Positions 1 through 9,436 of a stretch of 64,000 nucleotides of DNA are shown piece by piece. Position numbers and translations under genes: made by a program. The DNA is taken from NCBI GenBank assembly GCA_005772855.1, contig SXIK01000010.1, forward strand, positions 2,886 to 66,885. Reading direction: 5' to 3'. Position 1 is the stretch's first letter; each line of letters opens with the position of its first letter. The stretch comes from Planctomycetia bacterium (lineage in GTDB: Bacteria > Planctomycetota > UBA8108 > SXIK01). Below the pieces are notes generated by a model. It worked only from the letters and a program-made list of their open reading frames with translations, made no database searches and was not told the origin of the DNA.

Positions 1-1688
1 TCGGTTCTTGTCCTCCCGGCAAAGAGTTCCATAGCCGGCCGAACTCCGCGTCGCCCAGGTTGAAAAGGATTTGCACTCGTCGCCCCTGCCCGTCCCCAAG
101 CGCCAGGTCGAGGTCCGCGTCCCCATCCAAATCGACCGGCAAGAGCGCTGCGATCCAGCCAGAAGCCTGCAAACGTTCTGGCTTCGCGAAAGTGCCATTC
201 CCCAGATTCCGGACGAAGGAGACGGTGTTCCCTTCCCCCAGGCCCGCGTGAAACGCAAATACGTCGGCAAAGGAATCGCCATCTACGTCGGCGACCGCGA
301 GCCCGAAGGCCTCAACTCCCAGACCGACTCTGAGCAGGCGCTCGAATTGGGACTCTCCATCCTTGCGGATGGCGGTACATGTTTACCCCGTCGCCGCTCA
401 AGGCCGCCACGTCGAGATCTCCCTCACCATCGAGATCGCCCAGGGCGATTCCACGCACCCTGAACCCTGGGATGCTCTGCGCCGCGCGGATCACTCCCGG
501 CGCTTCTGACAGATAGATGCTCGTGTGCTGAGAAGTCCCGACTGCCAGGTCAACATTCCCATCAGCATCCCAATCGCCCGCCGCAATGCGGACCGGATCT
601 CCATCGGTTCGGAGCGACAGGATCTCAGTGAGCTGCTCGGCACGGTCATTCAAGCGGAGAACAACTACGGGAGCGTCTCCTTGTGCGACCGCCAGATCGA
701 GTAGCTCATCACCATCGAAGTCGGCGAGCTCGCCGGAGTGTGCTGTGTGCTTTCGGGCAAGCACCTGAGAGAGACGAAGATCCCCACCTGCTTGGTTCCA
801 GAGGACGGCGATCGCTGGCGGGTTGCCTCCGAGTACGCAGAGATCGGTGGCTTGGTCGCCGTCGAGATCAGCGGCATAGATATGACGGGGTGCTGCAGGG
901 GACGGAAGCAGGACCGGCTGCGCGAAGCTGAACGCTTCGTCCGCCACGTAGAGAGAGATGACCTCGTCGGCGGTTCCCCCCCCCGTCGCCAGGTCCGGTC
1001 GTCCATCGCCGTTGAGGTCGGCCACTGCAAGCGCAAAGAGCTCCGAGTGCCCCCCGAGCTTCCCAACGACCTTAAGCCGGCCGCTTCCCCGGTTCTCGAT
1101 CAAGGAAATCCCGTTCGAAGCGTAGAGGAGGACGGCAATATCGAGATCGCCGTCGCCGTCGAGATCCGCGGGGACGGCCCGCGTGGGGGGGTTCGCAAGA
1201 GCCAGCGTCGCGCCGGGCTTGAAGCTCCCGGACTGGTCCTGTAGGACAGGCGTGATCCCACCCTCAGCAGGTGTCCCCGGTGGCGGGCGTCCTGAGATGA
1301 TGAGATCCGGTTTCAAGTCTCCATCTAGATCGCCGACCGCCACAGCTTCCCCTCCAGCCACCTCCAGGGTCTTCTCCTCGAAGTGCATCCCGAGGTCACG
1401 CTGGAGAAAGACCTTGAAACTGCCCACCTGGTACGTCAAACCCACCAGGTCCGAGCGTCCATCCCCGTTGATGTCCGTGGAGAGGAATTCGGACAGGGGC
1501 GGGAGAGCCATCGGCCCCTTCATTCGAAAGCTGCGCGCCAGATCCTCGCTGTCGGGGATCCCGTTGCCGTTGCAATCTGCACCGTCCGCTCGTGTAGAGC
1601 TACCGCAGAGGATGATGAGAAGAATTGCCGAGATGCCGGGCAGCGCCGTGTATTCAACCAGCCCGGATAGCCCAACGAGTAAGTTCAT
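1..1688 (-). pseudogene. Secreted FG-GAP/VCBS repeat protein with an apparent +1 frameshift at ~340-385; runs off the window start
   Basis: ORF 312..1787 has many DxDGDGxxD repeats and a DCNGNGIPD motif after a hydrophobic leader. Repeats continue in another frame from ~380 to base 1 (LAVADVDGDSFADV, LPVDLDGDADLDLAL) with no stop. ATG at 1688 chosen as start; uncertain. May be a sequencing indel. Confidence 0.75.
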
Positions 1689-1747
1689 GATCCTCCCCAG
1701 ATGACTTGATAGATGGGATGAGAAGGCCAATCCCCACGCAGTGTCGA

Positions 1748-1925
1748 TATAGACCTGCAGAATCTTTACGGGCTCCGAAGGGCCCACAACTCAAGGAGAT
1801 TGGCCATGCGTCAGTCTACTCAGTCGGGGCTGGAAGGAACACAATCGCTTTGGATCTCGGTGACAAGTACTGCCACTTCTACACGCTGGACGCCAAGGGC
1901 GAGCGCGTGAGCGCGGGGCGGGTCC
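1748..1925 (+). mobile_element. Decayed 5' remnant of an IS110-family transposase
   Basis: Hairpin 1770-1785, SD AAGGAG 1793-1798, ATG 1806; after a frameshift, TIALDLGDKYCHFYTLDAKGERVSAGRVP from 1841 resembles the IS110 N-terminal motif (TIGLDLGD...LD..G). Truncated at a repeat. Left boundary approximate. Confidence 0.7.
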
Positions 1926-2021
1926 CCTCGGTGCCTGATGGGCGCCGGGCGCCTCTGGCGCGAGCAGCCGCAACCTTTCGCAGGCTTCAAAAGCGTCTCA
2001 TCACTGGCAGCGTGCGGTATA
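1926..2021 (+). repeat. Partial copy of MITE-like repeat A
   Basis: ~95 bp near-identical to the reverse complement of 19824-19918; ends GCGGTA-TA. Confidence 0.9.
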
Positions 2022-2059
2022 CACAGCTACCAGTGCCTCCCTGGAGCGAAGCACTACCG

Positions 2060-2932
2060 TCAGACGCCGATCGCTTTCATCCGCTGCTCGATCGCCTCGC
2101 GGATGTAGCCGTCCTTCGGATCCTTCGCGGTCGCAAGGAGCTGCAGGTAGAGGTGCTTCGCAAGCTCCTTCTTCCCAGCTGCTTCAAGATTCTCGCCAAG
2201 GAGGAACACCGCCTTGAGAGTGCGCGACCGCTCCCAGGGGTCCTCCGCGCCCATACCGCGGAGGATGACGCCAGCCGCTTCGGAGTCACCGATCGCCGCC
2301 AACGCCCACGTGGCAGCCATGCGTGCGTCCGCGTCGTTCTTGTCAACTGCGATCTCCTTGAGCATCGGGACGGCCGCGACGTCTCGGAGGTGGCCGAGTG
2401 CTTGGACAATCCCCGTGCGACGTCGCCCCTGCGCACGCGGCAGCGCGCTGCGAAGCTCCTCGGCCGCCGGGGCACCGATGGCCTCGAGCGCCATCGCTTG
2501 AGCGAGCGCCAGGTTCTCGTCGCCCAGGAGGCGAGCGAGGGCAGGCACGGATTCCTTCCCGCCAGCGATCTGCAGCTCACGGACAAGCATGAGTTGCACT
2601 TCGATGCTCAGCCCCTTGGCCAGGAGGGCCTCCCCCACCGCCTCGGCGAACAATCTGCGCATTGCGTCGTTGCCCGGCTTCCCCGCCATGAGGGCGAGGC
2701 CATGGAGCACGTACTGCGGGCGGAAGTCCTTGTAGGTCGGATCGCCAGCGTCCTTCACCAGCGACACAAGGGCGAGAATGGAATCTCGCCCTCCGGCCAG
2801 GATGGAGGCAAACACCTTGTCTGCCTCGGTGGATTCCGGTCCAGTAAACTTGCTTTCCTTGCCGGACTCGTCGGCATCCGGCATCCGTCCCACAAGCGCG
2901 GCAATGTCGTCTGCATTCTGCATGGCTTTCAT
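2060..2932 (-). CDS. HEAT repeat protein
   Basis: 290 aa with helical repeats (ALEAIG, ALGHLRD, ALAAIGD); 24 nt downstream of the oxidoreductase. Confidence 0.8.
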   Translation of the reverse strand: MKAMQNADDIAALVGRMPDADESGKESKFTGPESTEADKVFASILAGGRDSILALVSLVKDAGDPTYKDFRPQYVLHGLALMAGKPGNDAMRRLFAEAVGEALLAKGLSIEVQLMLVRELQIAGGKESVPALARLLGDENLALAQAMALEAIGAPAAEELRSALPRAQGRRRTGIVQALGHLRDVAAVPMLKEIAVDKNDADARMAATWALAAIGDSEAAGVILRGMGAEDPWERSRTLKAVFLLGENLEAAGKKELAKHLYLQLLATAKDPKDGYIREAIEQRMKAIGV

Positions 2933-2956
2933 CCCTTTCCAGGCGTCTCGTATCGA

Positions 2957-4189
2957 TCAGAGGTGCCACGGCGCCCGCATAGCCTGGTAGGCCAGGCGGT
3001 TTGCCTGCTCGTCACCAACAATCTGTTCCGTCTGCGGATCGAAACGGATCTTCCGGCCAACTCGAATGGCAATGTTGGCGAGGTGAAAGGCCGTCGCGGT
3101 CCGGTGGGTCACCTCGGCATTGCCACCCGAGGGCTTGCGCGACTTGACCGCGTGCGCGAAGCTAATAAGTGGAGCGGGATCGGGGATCGCCTGCAACTTC
3201 TTTCGGTCCTCATCCGACAAGTCGTCAGGAGAGATTTCCCTCGGCTCCTTGCGATCGTAGGGCTTCCCCCACTCGCCGGAGTCAAACACCAGAGTGAAGC
3301 CGTTCGCATACTTCAGCTCCACCCAACCCCACATCCCGCAGACGTCTGGGTGGGCGGGCGGCGCATTGACGTCCACCTCCACCGGCGCGGTGTCGTCGAG
3401 ACCCAATCTCCAGGTGAGTGGATCCAGGAAATGCTGGGCCATGTCGGAGAGCCCACCGCCCTCGTAATCCCAGTAGCCGCGGTGGGTGCCTCCACGGCGG
3501 TGCGGATGGTACGGCCGAAGCGGAGACGGCCCACAGTACAGGTCCCAGTCGAGGCTACCGGGAACGGGCTGGGGGCGTGCGTTAATGAGCCCACTCCATT
3601 CCTTCACCTTGAAGCCACCACGAATAATGAGCACCCCCTTGCAGCTCTTCAGGAGGCCACTCTTCATGATTTTCCGCGTCATCCGAGCCTTCGGGTCATT
3701 CGACTCCTCGAAGCGCCCGTAAGTCCCCACCTGCCAGATGCGGCCGAAGCGCCTGGAGGCGTCGGCAACCGCGCGACCCTCGGCAATGAAGCGCGTCATC
3801 GGCTTTTCGCACACAACGTCCTTTCCAGCTTCCATCGCGGCGATCGAGATCAACGCATGCCAGTGTGGCGGCGTGGCAATGGCCACCACGTCGATGTCCT
3901 TGCGATCGAGCACCCGCCGAAAGTCTGTATAGACCGTTCTGTTGTCCGCTCGGTCGAGCCACTTCACATCGCACGAAGCGAGCCGCACTGGATTGAGGCC
4001 CTTGAATCCGATCCCGTACGTGTACTCACCTCGACCTCCACACCCAATGAGCGCGGCGCCCACGCTCTCACTTGGCGGCACCTGTCCCTCGCCCCCCAGC
4101 ACGTGCCGGGGAACAATGCTGACCGTGGCGGCCCCGAGCAGGGAACCTTTCAAGAATCGCCGCCGGCTCATTCCGGTCTGTTGTCTCAT
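2957..4189 (-). CDS. Tat-exported Gfo/Idh/MocA-family oxidoreductase
   Basis: SRRRFLK Tat motif, IGCGGRG, IATPPHWH, CEKP. Confidence 0.92.
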   Translation of the reverse strand: MRQQTGMSRRRFLKGSLLGAATVSIVPRHVLGGEGQVPPSESVGAALIGCGGRGEYTYGIGFKGLNPVRLASCDVKWLDRADNRTVYTDFRRVLDRKDIDVVAIATPPHWHALISIAAMEAGKDVVCEKPMTRFIAEGRAVADASRRFGRIWQVGTYGRFEESNDPKARMTRKIMKSGLLKSCKGVLIIRGGFKVKEWSGLINARPQPVPGSLDWDLYCGPSPLRPYHPHRRGGTHRGYWDYEGGGLSDMAQHFLDPLTWRLGLDDTAPVEVDVNAPPAHPDVCGMWGWVELKYANGFTLVFDSGEWGKPYDRKEPREISPDDLSDEDRKKLQAIPDPAPLISFAHAVKSRKPSGGNAEVTHRTATAFHLANIAIRVGRKIRFDPQTEQIVGDEQANRLAYQAMRAPWHL

Positions 4190-4572
4190 GACATATTCTC
4201 CTGGCTCCTCTGCTTACCGTGCCTGCGGTTGAGTCCTTCAAATCGTTGGTCTCGCAACTGTTGGCCTGGAGCTCAACGAACGCTGACCCCAAAGACTAAC
4301 AAGAGGAATGTACTCGACGGTTGTCCCCAAGTCACGGAGCTAGGGGCGCAATCGAGAAGAATCCACAGCGCGCCGCGCTTTTCCGCGGAACACAGCAGCC
4401 TCGGCTGGTCCTGGGGTGCGGGAGGTGACCGTCAAGAATCTTCGGGTTGCAAGACCGGTGCCGGGGAATTCGATCAGGAACCCCCCTTTACCTCTCGAAG
4501 GGCCGCGTTTAGTGTCATTCTGGTTGCATTCTGACGACCTCAAGCACTGCCTCTGATCTCCACGGTGAAAAT

Positions 4573-7500
4573 ATGCAAAGCCTCGTCGTTCTGTTGCCCG
4601 GTATCGCCTGCCTCTTGACGCCAACGGCTCTGGCCACTGCCGAGGATCACCTCGTTCACTCGTGGAAGCGCCTCGCGCTGAGCGACGCCTTCCACGCTGA
4701 AGGCGCCAACCTTGGCGACTTGAACCGTGATGGCCAGAATGACGTCGTCGCGGGTCCGTTCTGGTACGAGGGCCCCGGGTTCTCAATACGCCACGAGCTC
4801 TATCCGCCGAAGGTCTTCCATCGGAACGGATACTCCGACAATTTCTTCGTCTGGGTGCGCGACTTCAACAAGGACGGGTGGAACGATGTACTTGTCCTCG
4901 GGTTTCCCGGAAAGGAAGCCTCGTGGCTCGAGAATCCCAGGGACGTGGCGAGCCACTGGAAAAGACACGTGATCTTCGCAAACGGACTCGACAACGAGTC
5001 ACCGAGCTACGTCGACATCAACGGCGACGGCCGCGAGGAGCTCGTCTTCAGCTTCCAGGGGCAGCTCGGGTGGGCAGCACCAGGTCCCGACGGAGTCGAG
5101 AAACCCTGGCCGTTTCATCCACTCACGCCAAGGGGTGATTACGGACCGTTCACGCACGGCCTGGGCGTCGGCGACGTGAACCAGGACCTCCGGCTCGACT
5201 TGATCGAACGCACAGGCTGGTGGGAGCAACCGCCCGAGGGATCCCGGGAGCTCTGGAGAAAGCACTCGTATGACTTCGCGCCGGGCGGCAATGGCGGCGC
5301 GCAACTCCACGTGTACGACTTCGACGGCGATGGTCTGAACGACGTCCTTGCCGGCCCTCAGGCGCACGGCTTTGGCCTCAACGTGTTCAAGGGCCGACGC
5401 GAGGACGGCCAGGTGACGTTTGAAATTCAGCGTATCCTCGGAGCGTCTGGCGAGGAAAACGATTATGGCGTCGTCTTCTCCGAGATCCACGCCGTCGACC
5501 TGGTCGATATGGACGCCGATGGCATCAAGGACATCGTCACTGGCAAACGCTTCTGGTCTCACGGGGCCGCCGAGCGAGATTCACGCGGTCCACGAGTGCT
5601 CTACTGGTTCAAGACCCTGCGCGCGCCCCACGGCCTCGATTTTGTACCGTTCCTCATCGACGGCAACTCGGGGGTGGGCGTGCAGGTCATTGCGGGAGAC
5701 TTGAACGGGGACAAACTGCCCGACGTGGTCGTCTCGAACAAGGCGGGCACGTTCGTGCACTTGCACAAGGCCCACAAGGTCGAACGAACCGAGTGGGAGG
5801 CATCTCTCCCGCGACCGTGGCCGGTCGTGGCCGAGACGCGAAGAGCTCGTCTCGCTCAACAAAACAGGGACCCGAAGCAGCCAGGCGATGGCGTTGACGT
5901 CTACCCCCACGCAAGTCTCCAGCCGGAGGATGCCGCCAGTGCAATGACGCTCCCACCAGGCTTCAAGGCGACTCTCTTCGCCGGAGAACCCGACGTCCTT
6001 CAACCGATTGCCATGGCACTTGATGATCGTGGCCGCCTCTGGATCGCGGAGGCCTATTCGTATCCGGAGCGGCAGAGCGAAGAGAACTGCCGCGACCGCG
6101 TTGTAATCCTTGATGACGTGAACAGCGACGGACGCTTCGACACGCGAAAGGTCTTCGCCGAGAAGCTGAACCTAGTGAGCGGACTCGAGGTTGGGTTCGG
6201 GGGCGTGTGGGTCGGCGCAGCGCCCCATCTACTGTTCATTCCTGATGCGGACTCGGACGATGTGCCCGACGGTCCGCCACAAGTCCTTCTCGACGGCTGG
6301 GGCTACCAGGACACGCACGAAACCCTGAACGCCTTCAACTGGGGCCCCGACGGCTGGCTCTACGGATGCCACGGCGTATTCACGCACTCGAAGGTCGGCA
6401 AACCAGGCGATTCCGACGAAAAGCGGCAGCGCATCAACGCAGGAATCTGGCGCTACCACCCAACGAGGCACGCGTTTGAGGTCTTCTGCCACGGAACAAG
6501 CAATCCGTGGGGTGTTGATTGGGACGATTGGGGCCAGGCGTTCCTCACGTCCTGCGTAATCCCCCACCTCTACCATGTGATCCAGGGAGCACGGTACGAG
6601 CGCCAGGCAGGGCAGCATTTCAACCCCTACACCTACGATGACTTGAAGACCGTTGCGAACCATCGCCACTGGATTGGGCAAACTCCGCACAGCGGTAACA
6701 ACCGCTCTGACTTGAACGGCGGAGGCCACGCGCATTGCGGCGCGATGATTTATCTCGGCGATTCGTGGCCACAAAACTATCGCAACCAAGTCTTCATGCA
6801 CAACGTGCACGGTCAACGCGTCAATGTCGACCGCCTCGTCCAGAAGGGTTCGGGCTACGTGGGCTATCACTCACCCGATCTGCTCCTGTCGAACGACCGT
6901 TGGTCGCAGATGCTCTCCTTTCGCTACGGTCCCGACGGAAACGTCTACCTGAATGACTGGTATGACAAGCAGGCGTGTCACACAAGGAACCCGGGCGACC
7001 ACGACCGCTCGAACGGCCGGATCTTCAAGATCACCCACGTTGATTCGAAGCCCGTCAGACTTGACCTGGCAAGACTCTCTGACAGGGAGCTGGCCGAGCT
7101 ACAGGTTCACCCCAACGATTACTTTGTCCGACACGCGCGTCGATTACTCCAGGAGCGCACTGGCAAGGGTCCGATATCGAGGGAAGCGGCGGCAACTCTC
7201 AGGAAAATCGCGCTCGAGAGTGTGGAGGAGACGCGCGGGCTACGAGGCCTCTGGGCACTCCACGCCACGGGCGAGCTGACCGAGGCCGACGTCCTCTCGT
7301 CGCTTCGAAACCAGAGCGCGTTCGTCCGCGCCTGGGCCATCCAGCTCTCCATGGAAAGCCGATCGCCCTCACCCGGCCTACTCACAGTCTTCGCGGAGCT
7401 GGCCCAAAAGGACCCTTCCTCCGTCGTACGGCTCTACCTCGCCTCGGCCTGTGACCGAATGGAGTGGAAAGACCGCTGGCCGATCCTCGCCGGGCTCATC

Positions 7501-9354
7501 AACCACCCCGAAGACGCACAGGACCAGAACCTGCCCCTCATGTACTGGTATGCCATGGAACCGCTTCAAGGCGACGATGCCGAGCGGGCGCTCGCACTGG
7601 CGGTCCGGTCGAAGTTGCCACCGCTTCCCGCCTTCATGGCGAGGCGAATCGCGGCGAAGGCAACGCCTGAAAGGCTGGCGCTGCTCGTCAAGACACTTGG
7701 CGAAATCCAGGACTCCTCCGTAAGGATCGCCTTCGCGAAGGCCTTGAATGTGGCGTTCAAGGGCCAGGGAGGGCTTGCAATGCCAGTCCACTGGGCGCAA
7801 GTTCGGGACGCACTCACCCCGGCGGCGGATGAGAGCCTCAAGGCGGAGCTGTCGGCACTGGCAGTGCGGTTCGGCGACCCGGTTGCGGTCGCAAGCCTGC
7901 GTGCGGTGCTTTCCGACCCGGAGGCCGACCTCGCGGGGCGTCGAGGTGCTCTCTCGAGCCTCGTGGAAGCCAAGGACAAGGGGCTTTCCGAAGGGCTGCT
8001 CGCCATCCTGCGGCGTGGCTCGGCGAAGGATGCGGGTTTTCGAAGCGATGCCATCCGCGCTCTGGCAGCCTGCGCGGACCCGAAGACTCCCCAGGCGCTG
8101 CTCGACATCTACGCATCGCTCAACGGAGCCGAACGTCGCGATGCGCTCGGTACTCTCACCTCGCGTGCTGATTTCGCGCTTCCTCTGCTCGCCGGAATCA
8201 CCTCAAGAAAGCTAACAGCCGCCGAGGTCCCGGCCGAGCTGATCCGCCAACTCAAGAACCTGAAGGACGCCGAGGTCGACAAGCAAGTCAGAGAGGTCTG
8301 GGGCGCCTCACGCGATACCACCGAGGACAAGAAGAAGCTCATCGATCAGTACAAGCGGCTCCTTCAATCCACGAAGGAGCCCGCCGATCCGACGCTGGGC
8401 CGAGCCGTCTTCGCGAAGACCTGCCAGCAATGCCACAGCCTCTTCGGCCTGGGCGGCAAGGTGGGTCCGGAGCTCACGGGCTCAAACCGTGCCGACCTCG
8501 ATTACATCCTCTCCAATGTGCTCGACCCGAGCGCGGTCATGGCCCGGGAGTACATGCCGAAGGTATTCGTGACAAAGCAGGGCCGCGTCATCACGGCGAT
8601 CGTGAAGACGGAGGAAAAGAACACCTACACCGTCCTCACCCAGAACGAAACGATCGTGATCCGTCGTGACGACCTCGAGGACGTCCAGGAAAGTGAGCAA
8701 TCGATGATGCCGGAGAACTTGATCCAGCCACTCAGCGAGGCCGAAGTTCGCGGCCTTGTGGCTTACCTCGCCAGCACAGCACAGACTCCAATCCTCGCCA
8801 CGCAGGAAAACGCAAAGGACCTCTTTGGCGGCCGCGACCTCACCGGTTGGCATGGAAACATGGATCTGTGGCGCGTTGAAAACGGCGAGCTCATCGGGAA
8901 GAGCCCGGGGTTAAAACGAAACGAGCTCCTCAAGAGTGAGATGCTCCTGAGCGACTTCCGTTTGAGCCTGAAGGTCAAACTGACGCCGAATGAAGCGGGC
9001 AGCGGGATCCAGATCCGCAGCGAGCCGCTCGAGGAGGGCGAGATACGAGGTTATCAGGCCAGATTCGGAGAGGGCGGGTGGGGAACCCTCCACGAGCCGG
9101 GAGGCCGTGGCCTCCTGTGGGACAAGTCATCCGAAGCGCACGTGAAAATTGGCGAATGGAATGACTGCGAGGTCGAAGCGGTGGGCGCCCACGTCCGCAC
9201 CTGGATCAATGGGCAACCCTGTGTTGACCTCAACGACCCCGCGGGCGCTCGCCAGGGCATCATCGCCGTCCAGATGCGCGCAGGAGGGCCGATGGAGATT
9301 CGACTCAAGGACCTGCGGCTCGAGGTGATCGGGCCAGCAACGGAGGGTCGGTAG
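4573..9354 (+). CDS. Fusion protein: FG-GAP repeats + PVC-type membrane-bound dehydrogenase domain + HEAT + CxxCH cytochrome c + DUF1080-like domain
   Basis: Signal peptide; DINGDGRE/DFDGDGLND repeats; LPPGFKATLFAGEP..PIAMALDDRGRLW; CQQCH, VGPELT, SMMPE; C-terminal LFGGRDLTGW..GEWND. Confidence 0.9.
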   Translation: MQSLVVLLPGIACLLTPTALATAEDHLVHSWKRLALSDAFHAEGANLGDLNRDGQNDVVAGPFWYEGPGFSIRHELYPPKVFHRNGYSDNFFVWVRDFNKDGWNDVLVLGFPGKEASWLENPRDVASHWKRHVIFANGLDNESPSYVDINGDGREELVFSFQGQLGWAAPGPDGVEKPWPFHPLTPRGDYGPFTHGLGVGDVNQDLRLDLIERTGWWEQPPEGSRELWRKHSYDFAPGGNGGAQLHVYDFDGDGLNDVLAGPQAHGFGLNVFKGRREDGQVTFEIQRILGASGEENDYGVVFSEIHAVDLVDMDADGIKDIVTGKRFWSHGAAERDSRGPRVLYWFKTLRAPHGLDFVPFLIDGNSGVGVQVIAGDLNGDKLPDVVVSNKAGTFVHLHKAHKVERTEWEASLPRPWPVVAETRRARLAQQNRDPKQPGDGVDVYPHASLQPEDAASAMTLPPGFKATLFAGEPDVLQPIAMALDDRGRLWIAEAYSYPERQSEENCRDRVVILDDVNSDGRFDTRKVFAEKLNLVSGLEVGFGGVWVGAAPHLLFIPDADSDDVPDGPPQVLLDGWGYQDTHETLNAFNWGPDGWLYGCHGVFTHSKVGKPGDSDEKRQRINAGIWRYHPTRHAFEVFCHGTSNPWGVDWDDWGQAFLTSCVIPHLYHVIQGARYERQAGQHFNPYTYDDLKTVANHRHWIGQTPHSGNNRSDLNGGGHAHCGAMIYLGDSWPQNYRNQVFMHNVHGQRVNVDRLVQKGSGYVGYHSPDLLLSNDRWSQMLSFRYGPDGNVYLNDWYDKQACHTRNPGDHDRSNGRIFKITHVDSKPVRLDLARLSDRELAELQVHPNDYFVRHARRLLQERTGKGPISREAAATLRKIALESVEETRGLRGLWALHATGELTEADVLSSLRNQSAFVRAWAIQLSMESRSPSPGLLTVFAELAQKDPSSVVRLYLASACDRMEWKDRWPILAGLINHPEDAQDQNLPLMYWYAMEPLQGDDAERALALAVRSKLPPLPAFMARRIAAKATPERLALLVKTLGEIQDSSVRIAFAKALNVAFKGQGGLAMPVHWAQVRDALTPAADESLKAELSALAVRFGDPVAVASLRAVLSDPEADLAGRRGALSSLVEAKDKGLSEGLLAILRRGSAKDAGFRSDAIRALAACADPKTPQALLDIYASLNGAERRDALGTLTSRADFALPLLAGITSRKLTAAEVPAELIRQLKNLKDAEVDKQVREVWGASRDTTEDKKKLIDQYKRLLQSTKEPADPTLGRAVFAKTCQQCHSLFGLGGKVGPELTGSNRADLDYILSNVLDPSAVMAREYMPKVFVTKQGRVITAIVKTEEKNTYTVLTQNETIVIRRDDLEDVQESEQSMMPENLIQPLSEAEVRGLVAYLASTAQTPILATQENAKDLFGGRDLTGWHGNMDLWRVENGELIGKSPGLKRNELLKSEMLLSDFRLSLKVKLTPNEAGSGIQIRSEPLEEGEIRGYQARFGEGGWGTLHEPGGRGLLWDKSSEAHVKIGEWNDCEVEAVGAHVRTWINGQPCVDLNDPAGARQGIIAVQMRAGGPMEIRLKDLRLEVIGPATEGR

Positions 9355-9436
9355 CATCCCCGGAAGCGCCGACATTCTCGAACTTCGCCACCCGGGGTGA
9401 GCGACAATCGCGGGCAAGGTGATCGCCCGGCAAACC

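Noticed and set aside
1706-4534. 942-aa plus-strand ORF
   Set aside because: Antisense shadow of the in-frame HEAT and Gfo/Idh/MocA genes; only its ~30-codon IS110-like segment looks real.
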